From positions 160,844 to 224,843 of the forward strand of contig JBGASM010000002.1 in NCBI GenBank assembly GCA_044229655.1: a stretch of DNA of 64,000 nucleotides. Direction: 5' to 3'. Below, piece after piece: positions 17,066-26,271 of the stretch. The position numbers and the translations under genes are program-made. Below the pieces are notes generated by a model. The model was given only the letters and a program-made list of their open reading frames with translations. It ran no database searches and was not told the DNA's origin. The stretch's first letter is position 1. Every line of letters starts with the position of its first letter. The stretch is from Phycisphaerales bacterium. GTDB taxonomy: Bacteria; Planctomycetota; Phycisphaerae; Phycisphaerales; UBA5793.

Positions 17066-18553
17066 ATGGAAAACAACGCTCCAACGCTCACCAAAGTTCT
17101 CGCAACCATCGGAACCGCTTCGCGGTCGCCCGAAGTCCTGCAGCGCCTAATCCAGGAAGGCGCCGCGGCCTTTCGACTGAACTTCAGCCACGGCACTCTC
17201 GACGACCACGCGAAAACCCTCGCGGCTATCCGCGAAGCAGAGCGCCACTCGGGACGTCCTATCGGTGTCCTCGGCGATCTCAGCGGACCCAAGATCCGCG
17301 TGGGCCAGGTCATTGACGGTGGCGTAAACGTCGAACCCGGACAGGATGTGGTCTTTCAGCGCGAGTCCATTCTCGCCACCGGACCGCGCTTCAGCACCAC
17401 CTGCCCGCAAGTGATCGATGACATCAGGCCCGGCCAGAAAGTCCTCATCAACGACGGCGTCATCCGCATGCTCGTCGTCGAAGGCGGGCGCGACTCTTTT
17501 ACCTGCCGCGTCACCGTGGGAGGACTCATCACCTCAGGCAAAGGCATCAACCTTCCAGCCACAGCGCTTCAGGTGGATGCCATCACCGAGCGCGACTGGC
17601 AGTGCCTCGAGTGGGCTGTCGAGAACGAACTTGACTTTATCGCAATGTCCTTTGTGCGCCGCGGGCGTGACATCACCCGCCTCCGCCAGCGCATGATTGA
17701 ACTCTGCCGTAAACGCAATCGCCGTCCGATTCCCGTCGTCGCAAAGATTGAGAAGCCGGAGGCTGTCGCCAACATCAAGGAGATTCTGGAGGAAACCGAC
17801 ATCATCATGGTGGCACGCGGCGACCTAGGAGTGGAAATGGATTTGGCGGAAATTCCCGCGCTCCAGAATCGCCTCGTCAACGCGGCCCACCATCGCGGCC
17901 GCCCGGTCATTGTCGCGACACAGATGCTCGAGACGATGATCTCCAACCCCTCTCCGACACGCGCCGAAGTCAGTGACGTGGGCAACGCAATCTTCGACCT
18001 GGTCGACACGGTCATGCTCTCGGGCGAGACCGCGGTCGGAAAATACCCGATCCTCGCAGTCGGCGTCATGCATCGAATTGCCCAGACGAGCGAGGCTTAT
18101 TTGCACTCGCTGCCGCCGGAGCAACGCCCGCCCTCGAACCGACGCCGCTCGCCGGATCACGCCCATTGGGTTGCCGCGCTGGCCCATGGCGCCCTCACCA
18201 TAAGTAATGACGTGCACGCGCGCGTTATCGTCGGCTGGTCGCAGACCGGCACGACCGCCCTCCAACTCAGTCGCCACGACTTTGGAGTGCCCATCTACAT
18301 TTTCTCTGACGACCAGTGCACGCTTCGCAGGATCTCGCTTCTGCGCGGCGTCATACCCGTGGAAATGCCCCGTCCCGCCGATCTTGACGACTTCACAACC
18401 CGGGCCGATCGATACCTCCTTGAGCGCGGAATCGTCGAGGCCAAGGCGCCCATCCTCCTTCTGGCGGGCCACCCGATCGAACGCGACGGCGCTACCAACT
18501 CCTTGGCCGTGCATTACGTCGGCGACCCCACAACTGGGTACAGGAATCGTTAG
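17066..18553 (+). CDS. pyk: pyruvate kinase
   Basis: TKVLATIGTASRSPEVLQRLIQEGAAAFRLNFSHG, GPKIRVG, IAMSFVRR, IVAKIEKPEAV, MVARGDLGVE and VATQMLETM. Confidence 0.9.
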   Translation: MENNAPTLTKVLATIGTASRSPEVLQRLIQEGAAAFRLNFSHGTLDDHAKTLAAIREAERHSGRPIGVLGDLSGPKIRVGQVIDGGVNVEPGQDVVFQRESILATGPRFSTTCPQVIDDIRPGQKVLINDGVIRMLVVEGGRDSFTCRVTVGGLITSGKGINLPATALQVDAITERDWQCLEWAVENELDFIAMSFVRRGRDITRLRQRMIELCRKRNRRPIPVVAKIEKPEAVANIKEILEETDIIMVARGDLGVEMDLAEIPALQNRLVNAAHHRGRPVIVATQMLETMISNPSPTRAEVSDVGNAIFDLVDTVMLSGETAVGKYPILAVGVMHRIAQTSEAYLHSLPPEQRPPSNRRRSPDHAHWVAALAHGALTISNDVHARVIVGWSQTGTTALQLSRHDFGVPIYIFSDDQCTLRRISLLRGVIPVEMPRPADLDDFTTRADRYLLERGIVEAKAPILLLAGHPIERDGATNSLAVHYVGDPTTGYRNR

Positions 18554-18690
18554 GCACCCCGAACGTACCTCAAAGTTCGAGTGACTCTGCTGTTCCGACT
18601 CCCTATCGTTGCGGCTTCGCGTTATTTCAAAACTCCGCCTTTCTTGAGGCGGATCACCCGTTGTTCTCAGGAACTCCAAGGAGTCATTTC

Positions 18691-18984
18691 ATGGCCGACA
18701 ATGCCCAGGGTCAGCAGCAGCCTCAGGTTCTCGTTCAGGTCGACGAGACCCGCGTTCACACGTGCTACGCCAATCAGTGGCAGTTGACCGCCGGCACGGA
18801 CGAAATCATCTGCGATCTCGGCATTCAGTTGCCGCGCATGATCGGAAACCAGCAGGGCATCTCCTTCCAGATTGAGTCGCGCATTGTGCTCTCACCCACC
18901 AGCGCAATGCGTTTTGCTGCGGCCCTTCAACAGGTCATCGCCCAGCGCGCTCAGCGTATCTCCGAGATGCAGCCCAAAGCCTGA
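18691..18984 (+). CDS. DUF3467-like small protein
   Basis: CYANQWQLTAGTDEIICDLG...SRIVLSPTSAMRFAAALQQVI follows the DUF3467 pattern (YAN......s..Ef.lDfg......vv.Rvvmsp..Ak.l...L). The ATG at 18691 is preceded by AAGGAG; the track TTG is at 18661. Confidence 0.6.
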   Translation: MADNAQGQQQPQVLVQVDETRVHTCYANQWQLTAGTDEIICDLGIQLPRMIGNQQGISFQIESRIVLSPTSAMRFAAALQQVIAQRAQRISEMQPKA

Positions 18985-19022
18985 TTAGTTGAGGAGCGGG
19001 TTGCACGGAGTGCAGCGCCGAT

Positions 19023-20216
19023 ATGCCAGCAGTTACAGCGCCCCATACTGTCGGAGCATCGCGCCTCGCGCTGGATGGCGGAACGCCGGTTTCATCAACC
19101 CTCATTCCGGTCGTCTCCGCCCGGCTGGAGGAGGATGAAATTGCCGCCGCGGTTGCGGTGATGCGTTCCGGGCAGTTGCGCGCCGGAGCCAGGTGCGCAG
19201 AGTTGGAACATCGCTTCGCCCATGCCAGCGACGCCCGTCATGCGCTGACTTGCGGCAATGGGACGATTGCGTTGCAACTCGCCTATGAAGCGCTCTATGA
19301 GCCGGGCGATGAAGTCCTTTGTCCCGCTTGGACCTACTTCGCCACGGTGGCGATGATCATCGCACGCGGGGCGACGCCGATTTTCTGTGAGGTCGACCCG
19401 CACACATTCAATTTGGATGCCGCCGATGCTGCCCAGCGCGTGACGCCGCGCACCCGGGCGATCGCTGCTACCCATCTCTACGGCAACCCCGCCGACATCG
19501 CCGCAATCTCCGCCCTGGCCGCACGCCACCGCCTGCACGTGGTGTACGACGCCGCACAGGCCCATTTGGCTCGCTACCAGGACCGCGGAATCGGCGCCTA
19601 CGGTGATGCCGTTACATATTCGTTCTACCCCACCAAAAACATGACGACCGGCGAAGGGGGAATGGTCACGATAAACGATGATGCGCTGGCCGCTCGGCTG
19701 GCCATCCTGCGCGACCAGGGACAGTCGCCTTCAGAGCGATATGTCCACGTCGGGATCGGATACAACTATCGTCTCAATGACATTGCCGCGGCGATCGGAT
19801 TGGCCCAGTTCGCCAAACTGCCCCAGCGCACCGCCTGCCGTCAGCAGAACGCGCGCACCCTCAATTCCCTGCTCAGCGGTCTCCCGGAAGTTTCCTGTCC
19901 TTATCCCACGCCCGGCGCGGAATCCGTATATCACCAGTACACCATTCGCATCGATGTGGACCGACTTCGCTGCACTCGCGACGAGTTCGCGCGGGCTCTC
20001 TCCGCCGAAGGCGTCGGTTCAGCTGTCCATTACCCACGCGCTGTCACCCAGCAGCCTGCCATCCGTGAACGCTTCCCGGCCCTCGCGCCGCTGACTGTGT
20101 CTGAGCGCCTCGGCCGCGAGGTCCTGTGCCTGCCCGTGCACCAGGACCTGACTCAGGAACAACTCGCGCGGATTGCGGAGGCGGTGGCCAAAGTATGCGC
20201 CGCACATCGCCGTTGA
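19023..20216 (+). CDS. DegT/DnrJ/EryC1/StrS family sugar aminotransferase
   Basis: The length and motifs are typical of this PLP-dependent sugar aminotransferase family: FE..FA...GA.HA...NGT.AL, SFYPTKNMTTGEGGMV and GYNYRLNDIAAAIGLAQ. Confidence 0.85.
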   Translation: MPAVTAPHTVGASRLALDGGTPVSSTLIPVVSARLEEDEIAAAVAVMRSGQLRAGARCAELEHRFAHASDARHALTCGNGTIALQLAYEALYEPGDEVLCPAWTYFATVAMIIARGATPIFCEVDPHTFNLDAADAAQRVTPRTRAIAATHLYGNPADIAAISALAARHRLHVVYDAAQAHLARYQDRGIGAYGDAVTYSFYPTKNMTTGEGGMVTINDDALAARLAILRDQGQSPSERYVHVGIGYNYRLNDIAAAIGLAQFAKLPQRTACRQQNARTLNSLLSGLPEVSCPYPTPGAESVYHQYTIRIDVDRLRCTRDEFARALSAEGVGSAVHYPRAVTQQPAIRERFPALAPLTVSERLGREVLCLPVHQDLTQEQLARIAEAVAKVCAAHRR

Positions 20217-21268
20217 AGCGCGTTCGTCACAGAACTTCCCGTGCTCAGGAGCCGCCCCCCAAGCGCCCCGCAGCGGTCCCGCCCCATCGCAGCCCGTTAC
20301 AGCGGCTGGAGTCTGTTGTCGGCGCCGATGACGCGCAGCAGAGAGTTGATCGTGTTGTGCAGGCGATGCTTCCCTCTGGCGCATCGCGCTCGCACGTGCA
20401 AGGCCTCTTTGATGCAGATGCGGTCGCGATTGACGGCGTGACGTGTCGTGAAGTCGAGCAGCCGGTTGCCGTTGGCCAGCGCATTGCGGTCGAATTCGAG
20501 CCGGGACGACGCTACAAGCCCAGGCCGCGATCTCATACCGACGCCGGTTTCCGCGTGCTGTTCGAAGATGAACACCTTATTGTGGTTGATAAGTCCGCTG
20601 CGCTGCTCACCGTTCCCACTGACAAACGTGAGCGCAACACCCTTGTTCACCGCCTAGCCATTCACGTCAATCGCGGTCGCGGGGGCGGTCGCACGCGCGG
20701 CAAGGGACTTCAGCGCGCCGAAGTTGTCCATCGCCTCGACCGTGGCGTCTCAGGCATCCTCGTTTTCGCCAAATACGGCCGCATCGCCGAAGCGCTGAAA
20801 TCGCAGTTCGAAGCCCGCAAGCCGCGCCGCGAATACGTCGCGATCGTTGCCGGAGTTCTTGGTGCCGACCAGGGCACCTTTCGCTCACACCTCGCGACAA
20901 CCGCCAATCTCGATCAGCGGTCGGTGCCGGCCGGGTCGGGAGGCAAACTCGCAGTCACTCACTACCGCGTCCTCCGCCGCCTACGCGATGCATCCATCGT
21001 TGCAATTCGTCTCGAAACCGGGCGCCGCAACCAGATTCGCGTGCATCTCGCGGAAGCGGGCCACCCGGTCCTGGGCGATCCGCGCTACTCACCCGAGATT
21101 GCTCGTAAGCACCGACTGTGGTTGCATAATCGCCTGGCCCTCCATGCGCGCAGCCTCTCCTTTGAGCATCCCGTCACTCATCGCACCATGTCATTTGAGT
21201 CTCTTCCCCCTGGCGCATTCCGCGCGCTGATGGGAGAGTCCAGCGAGCCGTCTCACCGCATTGGGTGA
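20195..21268 (+). CDS. RluA-family 23S rRNA pseudouridine synthase (RluD-like, with N-terminal S4 domain)
   Basis: QRVDRVVQ...SRSHVQGLF (S4-like), VHRLDRGVSGILVFAK (catalytic Asp motif) and GRRNQIRVHLAEAGHPVLGDPRY. Start moved to the ATG at 20195; the track start at 20126 would overlap the DegT gene by about 90 nt. Confidence 0.85.
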   Translation: MRRTSPLKRVRHRTSRAQEPPPKRPAAVPPHRSPLQRLESVVGADDAQQRVDRVVQAMLPSGASRSHVQGLFDADAVAIDGVTCREVEQPVAVGQRIAVEFEPGRRYKPRPRSHTDAGFRVLFEDEHLIVVDKSAALLTVPTDKRERNTLVHRLAIHVNRGRGGGRTRGKGLQRAEVVHRLDRGVSGILVFAKYGRIAEALKSQFEARKPRREYVAIVAGVLGADQGTFRSHLATTANLDQRSVPAGSGGKLAVTHYRVLRRLRDASIVAIRLETGRRNQIRVHLAEAGHPVLGDPRYSPEIARKHRLWLHNRLALHARSLSFEHPVTHRTMSFESLPPGAFRALMGESSEPSHRIG

Positions 21269-22269
21269 GCCTTGAAGAATGCCCACGAGAGTTCCGTCGC
21301 CGAAATTTCCTTGGTCGGCGGATCGCCCTTGAGCGCATTGGATGGACATCCGCCCGGCCACGCGTGCCCTTGATTGACGATCGCATAGTGAACCACATCT
21401 GCGCCCGACGCGCTCATTGGGCTGTAGGCGGCCCGGATGACGTCACCTGTATCACTGACCCAGTACTGCGGCGCCTGCGGATCGCACTCATTGGCTGCAA
21501 CCCAGAAGTCAATGCAGTCAGCCTGCGAAAGGTCGGTGCGGGTAGTGGGGTATACGCCGTGTGACAGGCCGCCGTAGAAATTCACGTTGGCATCTGTCTC
21601 GCCGTGGAACATGATGATCGGCACCGGCCGCGGAGGCGGGGCGATTTGCCGGATCGGCTCACCCGCCGAAATTTGGCCCCCGATTGTCCCGGCGACCACC
21701 GCCACTGCTGCGAACTGATCCGACATTTCTGACGCGAGTCGATGGGTCAGCATGCCCCCATTAGACATTCCCGCAGCGTAAACACGGCTTCTGTCAACGG
21801 GCGTTGCAACTTCGAGTTGTCGCAGAGTTTCCCGGATGAACCCTACATCGTCGAGATTCCGCTCGAACGCTGACCAGCAGCAATGTACTGCGTCCCAGGA
21901 TGCCTTGCCCCCCGTGCCCTGGGGATACACCACGATGAATCCCTCGCGGTCCGCAACATTGTCCCATCCATAACACTTCTGCGCCTGGGCTGCGGATCCA
22001 GCTCCGGGATGAAGCATGAACACCACCGGCAGGGCCGTCATCTGGCCGACATGCGGAGGCACGTGAACGATGACTTTCCGGATCAGGCCGTCGTACTCGA
22101 GGAATCGGGTGTAGTCCCCGCCCCTTAGCATCGGGTTCTCAAGCGGCTGCCTCGTACCTAGTGAAACTTTGGGCGGAACTTGTTCCTGCGCCGTGGCGCG
22201 CGTCGAAAATGAAGTTGCGGCAAGACCCGCAACGATGAACAAGCAAGTGCGCTGAGCAGCGCTTCGCAT
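21253..22269 (-). CDS. PHB depolymerase-family esterase (LpqC-like), secreted
   Basis: PVVFMLHPGAGSAAQ...VADREGFIVVYPQG...CCW...DDVGFIRE...RVYAAGMSNGGMLTHRLA...FAAVAVVAG carries the GxSxG nucleophile elbow GMSNG. The start at 22269 is preceded by AAGGAG and followed by a signal peptide; the track start is at 22299. Confidence 0.7.
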   Translation of the reverse strand: MRSAAQRTCLFIVAGLAATSFSTRATAQEQVPPKVSLGTRQPLENPMLRGGDYTRFLEYDGLIRKVIVHVPPHVGQMTALPVVFMLHPGAGSAAQAQKCYGWDNVADREGFIVVYPQGTGGKASWDAVHCCWSAFERNLDDVGFIRETLRQLEVATPVDRSRVYAAGMSNGGMLTHRLASEMSDQFAAVAVVAGTIGGQISAGEPIRQIAPPPRPVPIIMFHGETDANVNFYGGLSHGVYPTTRTDLSQADCIDFWVAANECDPQAPQYWVSDTGDVIRAAYSPMSASGADVVHYAIVNQGHAWPGGCPSNALKGDPPTKEISATELSWAFFKAHPMR

Positions 22270-22351
22270 CGGTAGACTCCTTCCCAATCTCCTGGTCATT
22301 TCGAATTACCCGAGAAACGGGTTGCATAGAAACACCGAGCCTGATAGACGA

Positions 22352-22379
22352 ATTATGCGGCCTTAGCGTTCATTTGCAA
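22352..22379 (-). promoter_or_regulatory. putative sigma70-type promoter upstream of the esterase gene
   Basis: The minus strand reads TTGCAA, then a 16-nt spacer, then CATAAT (-35 at 22379-22374, -10 at 22357-22352), about 80 nt upstream of the start at 22269. This is pattern match only. Confidence 0.3.
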
Positions 22380-22506
22380 AGGACTTACGTCTTTTTTCAG
22401 GGTTTTGCTCGCAGAAGCCATCAAAACCGCGCTCCGTCTGCCCAACAACGTCCGATAGTACAACGCCGTCATGGCCGCTCAAATTCCCAGAGTCGGCCTA
22501 TGCAAC

Positions 22507-24246
22507 TCATGCCAGACTCGAAAAGGCCTGTGAAAGCCTTACGCCGTCTCGATTCGTTCCACACAGGTGAACTTGGACTCCAAGTCTCGCAGCCAGTGCG
22601 GCCTTTGCCGCTGCAGCACGGTCAGCCGCAGCCGCGGCTTCCGACGTGTCGGTACGGCCATCGCTGTCTGCGCCGTACGCAACATTGAGATGGTTGCTCT
22701 TATGTTGGGCCATCATCTGGTCCCGCGTCACGCCGTAGGTCACGGCGTGCATGATCGGCCACTGCGGCGTGGTCTCCTTCCAGCGCCGCTGAGTCTCCTC
22801 CACCGGCAACCGGATCGTCTTGCTTCGGCCGATGTCCATGTGCAGCCGGTCGCCCATCACATACACCCGCGACCACACCACTTCCCCGGGCTTTGAAATC
22901 CCCTTGAGCGTGCCGCCCCCAAGCCTGAAATACATCGCAGGCTGTCGTTCGCTCGAGGCGCCCCGATATCCGTCAATGAAATGCGCGGGTGGCGCAGACC
23001 CGGAAATCAGCCACACCCACACGTACTCATCCGTGGTGCCCGATCGATCGCGATCCCCCCAACGCAGATCGTGCAGCGTCGTCTCCGGCGGCAAACCCAT
23101 CGCATCCCAGACTCGATGCGTCAGAAGCGCATCCAGTCCGGCGCACTCATCCACTTCGTTGAAGTGGGGCAGTGCCTTTCCATCCCACAACACCCGCTTC
23201 CCATCGCGAGATCGCACCGGCGGCCGCTCGGAATTGTTGAGCAGCCCTTCCACCAGATCCGATGCAGGCGTCAAGTCCTTGAGCCCCTGCTGGTACTGAA
23301 TCCCGATGCAGTCGCAACCGAAATCATCCGCGATCCGCAGCGCCGCGATGTACATTTTGCACTGTTGCAGCACCTGCGCGTCAGTCAGATCTGTCGCCTC
23401 GTCGGGGCCCGTCAGGAACTTCATACCGCGCCCTTCAAGCCACTCGCGCACCCCTTGGGCCTCTGATGTCTCGGTCCGCAATACTTCCGCATATAGCGCC
23501 GACTGGCTCAATCGCTCCTTGAAGATTCCTGTAGGATGGAGCAGGTGATCGGGAATGATCGCATTGAACATCCCCATGCACCCCTCATCAAAGACGCCCA
23601 TGATGGCCCGGCGCTGAGCCAGCTCCCGCGCAAGCGCATCCGCCAGGAGCAACTCAGCGCCCCGCACCATCCCGAGGTCAAACTTCTGCACGTGGCTGCA
23701 ATCATGTTCAACAGCCCCGCGAGTGATCCACGCCTCGAGTTTCGACTGGAACTCTGCTCCTGCAAAGTCCTCGCCCCACAGGCATGAGTACCGCACTCCC
23801 TGCTTGGCCAGCGAACCATTCAAATTGAGCACGCCCACCAGCCCCGGCCATCTGCCCGACCAGTTCGCCAATGTCAGAATCGGTCCCCGGTGCTTCGCCA
23901 GTCCCGCCAACACGTGATGGGAATACTGCCACACTGCCTCTGCCACCACCAGCGGTGCATCCGGGTCAATGCCGGCAAAGAGTCCCATTCCCTCACGCTG
24001 AGAGGAGATGAATCCGTGCTCTCCGATCACTCTCCCCTGTTCGCTGACTTCCTCTTTGATCCCGTGTGCCCGCTGCAGGGTCCAGCCGAATTTGGCAAAC
24101 GCGCGTGCGGCTTCTGCCTCCATGGCCTGTTGGGCCGGCCAGCAGGTGATGTTGGCCGAGGCTCGCAGATCGCCGCTCGCGACGAGCAATGCAGTTCGGC
24201 CCGGGGTTTTTCCGATCGGGGGCAGCGAAGGAAGTCGATACGTCAC
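22507..24246 (-). CDS. L-fucose isomerase-like family protein
   Basis: The C-terminal part [87 protein letters not shown] parallels E. coli FucI YFRGGGYSSRF...MTRVN...LQIAEGWSVELP...RTNSTWPTTWFAP......MANWGANHGVLTIGH. The overall length is similar, and there is an Ala-rich extra tail. Confidence 0.55.
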   Translation of the reverse strand: MTYRLPSLPPIGKTPGRTALLVASGDLRASANITCWPAQQAMEAEAARAFAKFGWTLQRAHGIKEEVSEQGRVIGEHGFISSQREGMGLFAGIDPDAPLVVAEAVWQYSHHVLAGLAKHRGPILTLANWSGRWPGLVGVLNLNGSLAKQGVRYSCLWGEDFAGAEFQSKLEAWITRGAVEHDCSHVQKFDLGMVRGAELLLADALARELAQRRAIMGVFDEGCMGMFNAIIPDHLLHPTGIFKERLSQSALYAEVLRTETSEAQGVREWLEGRGMKFLTGPDEATDLTDAQVLQQCKMYIAALRIADDFGCDCIGIQYQQGLKDLTPASDLVEGLLNNSERPPVRSRDGKRVLWDGKALPHFNEVDECAGLDALLTHRVWDAMGLPPETTLHDLRWGDRDRSGTTDEYVWVWLISGSAPPAHFIDGYRGASSERQPAMYFRLGGGTLKGISKPGEVVWSRVYVMGDRLHMDIGRSKTIRLPVEETQRRWKETTPQWPIMHAVTYGVTRDQMMAQHKSNHLNVAYGADSDGRTDTSEAAAAADRAAAAKAALAARLGVQVHLCGTNRDGVRLSQAFSSLA

Positions 24247-24302
24247 GGCAACTACCTCTCGATGGTCAGGGATGCGGGATGTTCGCCCGGGGCTATGCCA
24301 AG

Positions 24303-24328
24303 AAAAAACCCGCCGTCAGGGCAGCGGG
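24303..24328 (-). terminator. rho-independent terminator downstream of the DUF1559 gene
   Basis: The minus strand reads CCCGCTG-CCCTGA-CGGCGGG followed by TTTTTT: a 7-bp stem including one G-U pair, a 6-nt loop and a U-tract. It lies 30 nt after the stop at 24358. Confidence 0.6.
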
Positions 24329-24357
24329 CTTCAAACTCCACAACTCAATTGTGCGGT

Positions 24358-25182
24358 TCACTTCGGCGCGTTGATCCACCCATAGTACATCTGTGGATAC
24401 GAGTAGGGTCCGAAACTGAATTCCTGGCCGCGCGCAAAGAACACCAGGTACCACGCATCGAAATCATTGGTTTCTTCGGCAAGCGGATTCCCCGCCTCAT
24501 ACGTCTTCACCGCGCCGACCGATCCGTCGATGAATCCGAGGTTACCCGTGCCGTTATGCCGGTCCGTGATCTGATCCGCATTCGCCCATGCCCCGTCCTG
24601 GACCTTCTGGTTGTAGCACGCATCATCCTCCTCCACGACCAGGGGGAGTTGGATCTGCGTCTTGGTGGATTCCGCGCCCGCTGCCGGGTAGTCCTTGATG
24701 TAGGTCGGATAGTTCAACGATGTCAGCGCGCCGGCCATGCGCGTTGCCATGCAGTAGGAGAACATCTTGTTGGCCTGACGCTTTTCCGTCGGGCACTCGA
24801 AAATGTACTCGCTCTTGTTGGTATAGGGGTAAATCACGCCATTATACGGTTTGCCCCGTTTGTCAGAGGGTGCAGGCGGAGAGGGCAACTGGTCGTTGGT
24901 GTGGCCGATCCAGTCGATATTCTTGATCCGCGTGCCGTCTTTCGAGCTGTAGTTGCCCGCGTTTCCTGCGAGTCGGTCTTTGGAATCCGTGGCGTACATG
25001 ATGTGCGCCAGTGCGAGTTGGCGGACGTTGTTCGAACACTTCGCATCCCGCGCGCCTTCGCGAGCCTTGGAAAGTGCAGGGAGCAGCAGTCCAATGAGCA
25101 GCGCGATGATCGCGATGACCACCAGCAACTCGACCAGTGTGAACGCAGGACGAATGTTCCTAAAGCGCGTTTTCATCACCAA
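24358..25182 (-). CDS. prepilin-type N-terminal cleavage/methylation domain protein with H-X9-DG motif (DUF1559-like pseudopilin)
   Basis: [55 protein letters not shown], plus [13 protein letters not shown] (H-X9-DG). Confidence 0.85.
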   Translation of the reverse strand: MVMKTRFRNIRPAFTLVELLVVIAIIALLIGLLLPALSKAREGARDAKCSNNVRQLALAHIMYATDSKDRLAGNAGNYSSKDGTRIKNIDWIGHTNDQLPSPPAPSDKRGKPYNGVIYPYTNKSEYIFECPTEKRQANKMFSYCMATRMAGALTSLNYPTYIKDYPAAGAESTKTQIQLPLVVEEDDACYNQKVQDGAWANADQITDRHNGTGNLGFIDGSVGAVKTYEAGNPLAEETNDFDAWYLVFFARGQEFSFGPYSYPQMYYGWINAPK

Positions 25183-25265
25183 GCGACTCCTGCCGGAACC
25201 GGCATGAAATACCCCTCACGACTTCTATGAAGAAGCCGCAATCCGAATTGTCACCGTGCTGCGCC

Positions 25266-25303
25266 GTGCGGACACGCAAAGACTGGAAAAAGTATGTCCG
25301 CAC
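25266..25303 (-). terminator. stem-loop immediately downstream of the aromatic-rich protein gene (possible terminator or processing site)
   Basis: GTGCGGACA (25266-25274) and TGTCCGCAC (25295-25303) form a perfect 9-bp stem with a 20-nt loop. No clear U-tract follows the stem on the minus strand. Confidence 0.3.
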
Positions 25304-25309
25304 GGGATG

Positions 25310-26179
25310 TCAGAACCCAAACCGCATGACCAAACCGCAACCGCTGCTGTATCGCACAAAGTTCCCGCTGCTCCGGTACGAGTTGCAGTGGCCGTTGCTC
25401 CACCCCCAGCCGGGGTATGCCGAAACATATCGCGTCCGACATGAATAGCCGTACCCGTACCCGTAGGCGGGCCACCATCCCCAGCCATAACCGTAGTACC
25501 GGGGCCTTCGAACGTAGTAGTTGGTCGGGTAGCCATATTGGGGGTAGGACGAAACGTACCGTACTTGCCAATACGGCTCGATGAAATCAGCAGGATCCCC
25601 GCTCCTCGACATCGACCCGATTGGGTAGACGCTGCCGGCCGGTGAGCTGTTGCGAGTGACCACGCGCGCCCGATATGGGTCGGAATACGCAAATGCAGCT
25701 TGGGAGTAACCCCGCCTGTGACGCGGCTGCGACGCAACAGCAGCTGCGGAGTATCCCGGCGCAAAAGCCCCGTCCATCGACTCGGTGCTGAGTCGTCCGA
25801 CAGTCTGGCCCAGTTGCGCTTCCTCACCTGACATCCCATGACTTGCATCGGCTGAGTAACTTCCCACCGGAAATGCGGCCGCAAGGACGACCGTCCCACC
25901 GTCGATATTCAGGTTTGCGGTCCCGTCGCTGTACGCGGTCACGGAACTCGCATTCGAAACTTGGGCGCCTGCATACGGGTCGCGCGCCGCTCTTCGCTGC
26001 GGCCGAGCGGTTGTGTATGCCTGCCGGCGTGCATATCCCGCCACCTGTTGGCCGGCGGGCTTCTGATCCACGGTCACTTGTGCGCAAACCTCCGAAGCTG
26101 CCAAGCCCCACGCGCCCGCAATGGCGACGATTCCCCACACGAAGGCTGCCCGCATTGCCTCAATTCGCATCTTCGTCAT
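25310..26179 (-). CDS. hypothetical secreted protein with a Tyr/Gly/Trp-rich C-terminal region
   Basis: Signal peptide AAFVWGIVAIAGAWGLAASEVCAQ. The C-terminus is PYWQVRYVSSYPQYGYPTNYYVRRPRYYGYGWGWWPAYGYGYGYSC...GWGWSNGHC...VMRFGF, ending in Phe. I recognise no family. Confidence 0.5.
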   Translation of the reverse strand: MTKMRIEAMRAAFVWGIVAIAGAWGLAASEVCAQVTVDQKPAGQQVAGYARRQAYTTARPQRRAARDPYAGAQVSNASSVTAYSDGTANLNIDGGTVVLAAAFPVGSYSADASHGMSGEEAQLGQTVGRLSTESMDGAFAPGYSAAAVASQPRHRRGYSQAAFAYSDPYRARVVTRNSSPAGSVYPIGSMSRSGDPADFIEPYWQVRYVSSYPQYGYPTNYYVRRPRYYGYGWGWWPAYGYGYGYSCRTRYVSAYPGWGWSNGHCNSYRSSGNFVRYSSGCGLVMRFGF

Positions 26180-26271
26180 GGAACACCTCGGTTCTACCCG
26201 ATCATACGAAGGGCCGTACCTAAAGTATGCTCTATTTTTCGCCCTTTGGCCACGATTCCTACGGTTTTCCG

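Noticed and set aside
23890-25230. 446-aa plus-strand ORF spanning the start of the FucI-like gene and the whole DUF1559 gene
   Set aside because: It crosses an intergenic region that contains a clean minus-strand terminator, and it is antisense to a protein with the diagnostic prepilin leader and H-X9-DG motif. It is Arg-rich and spurious.
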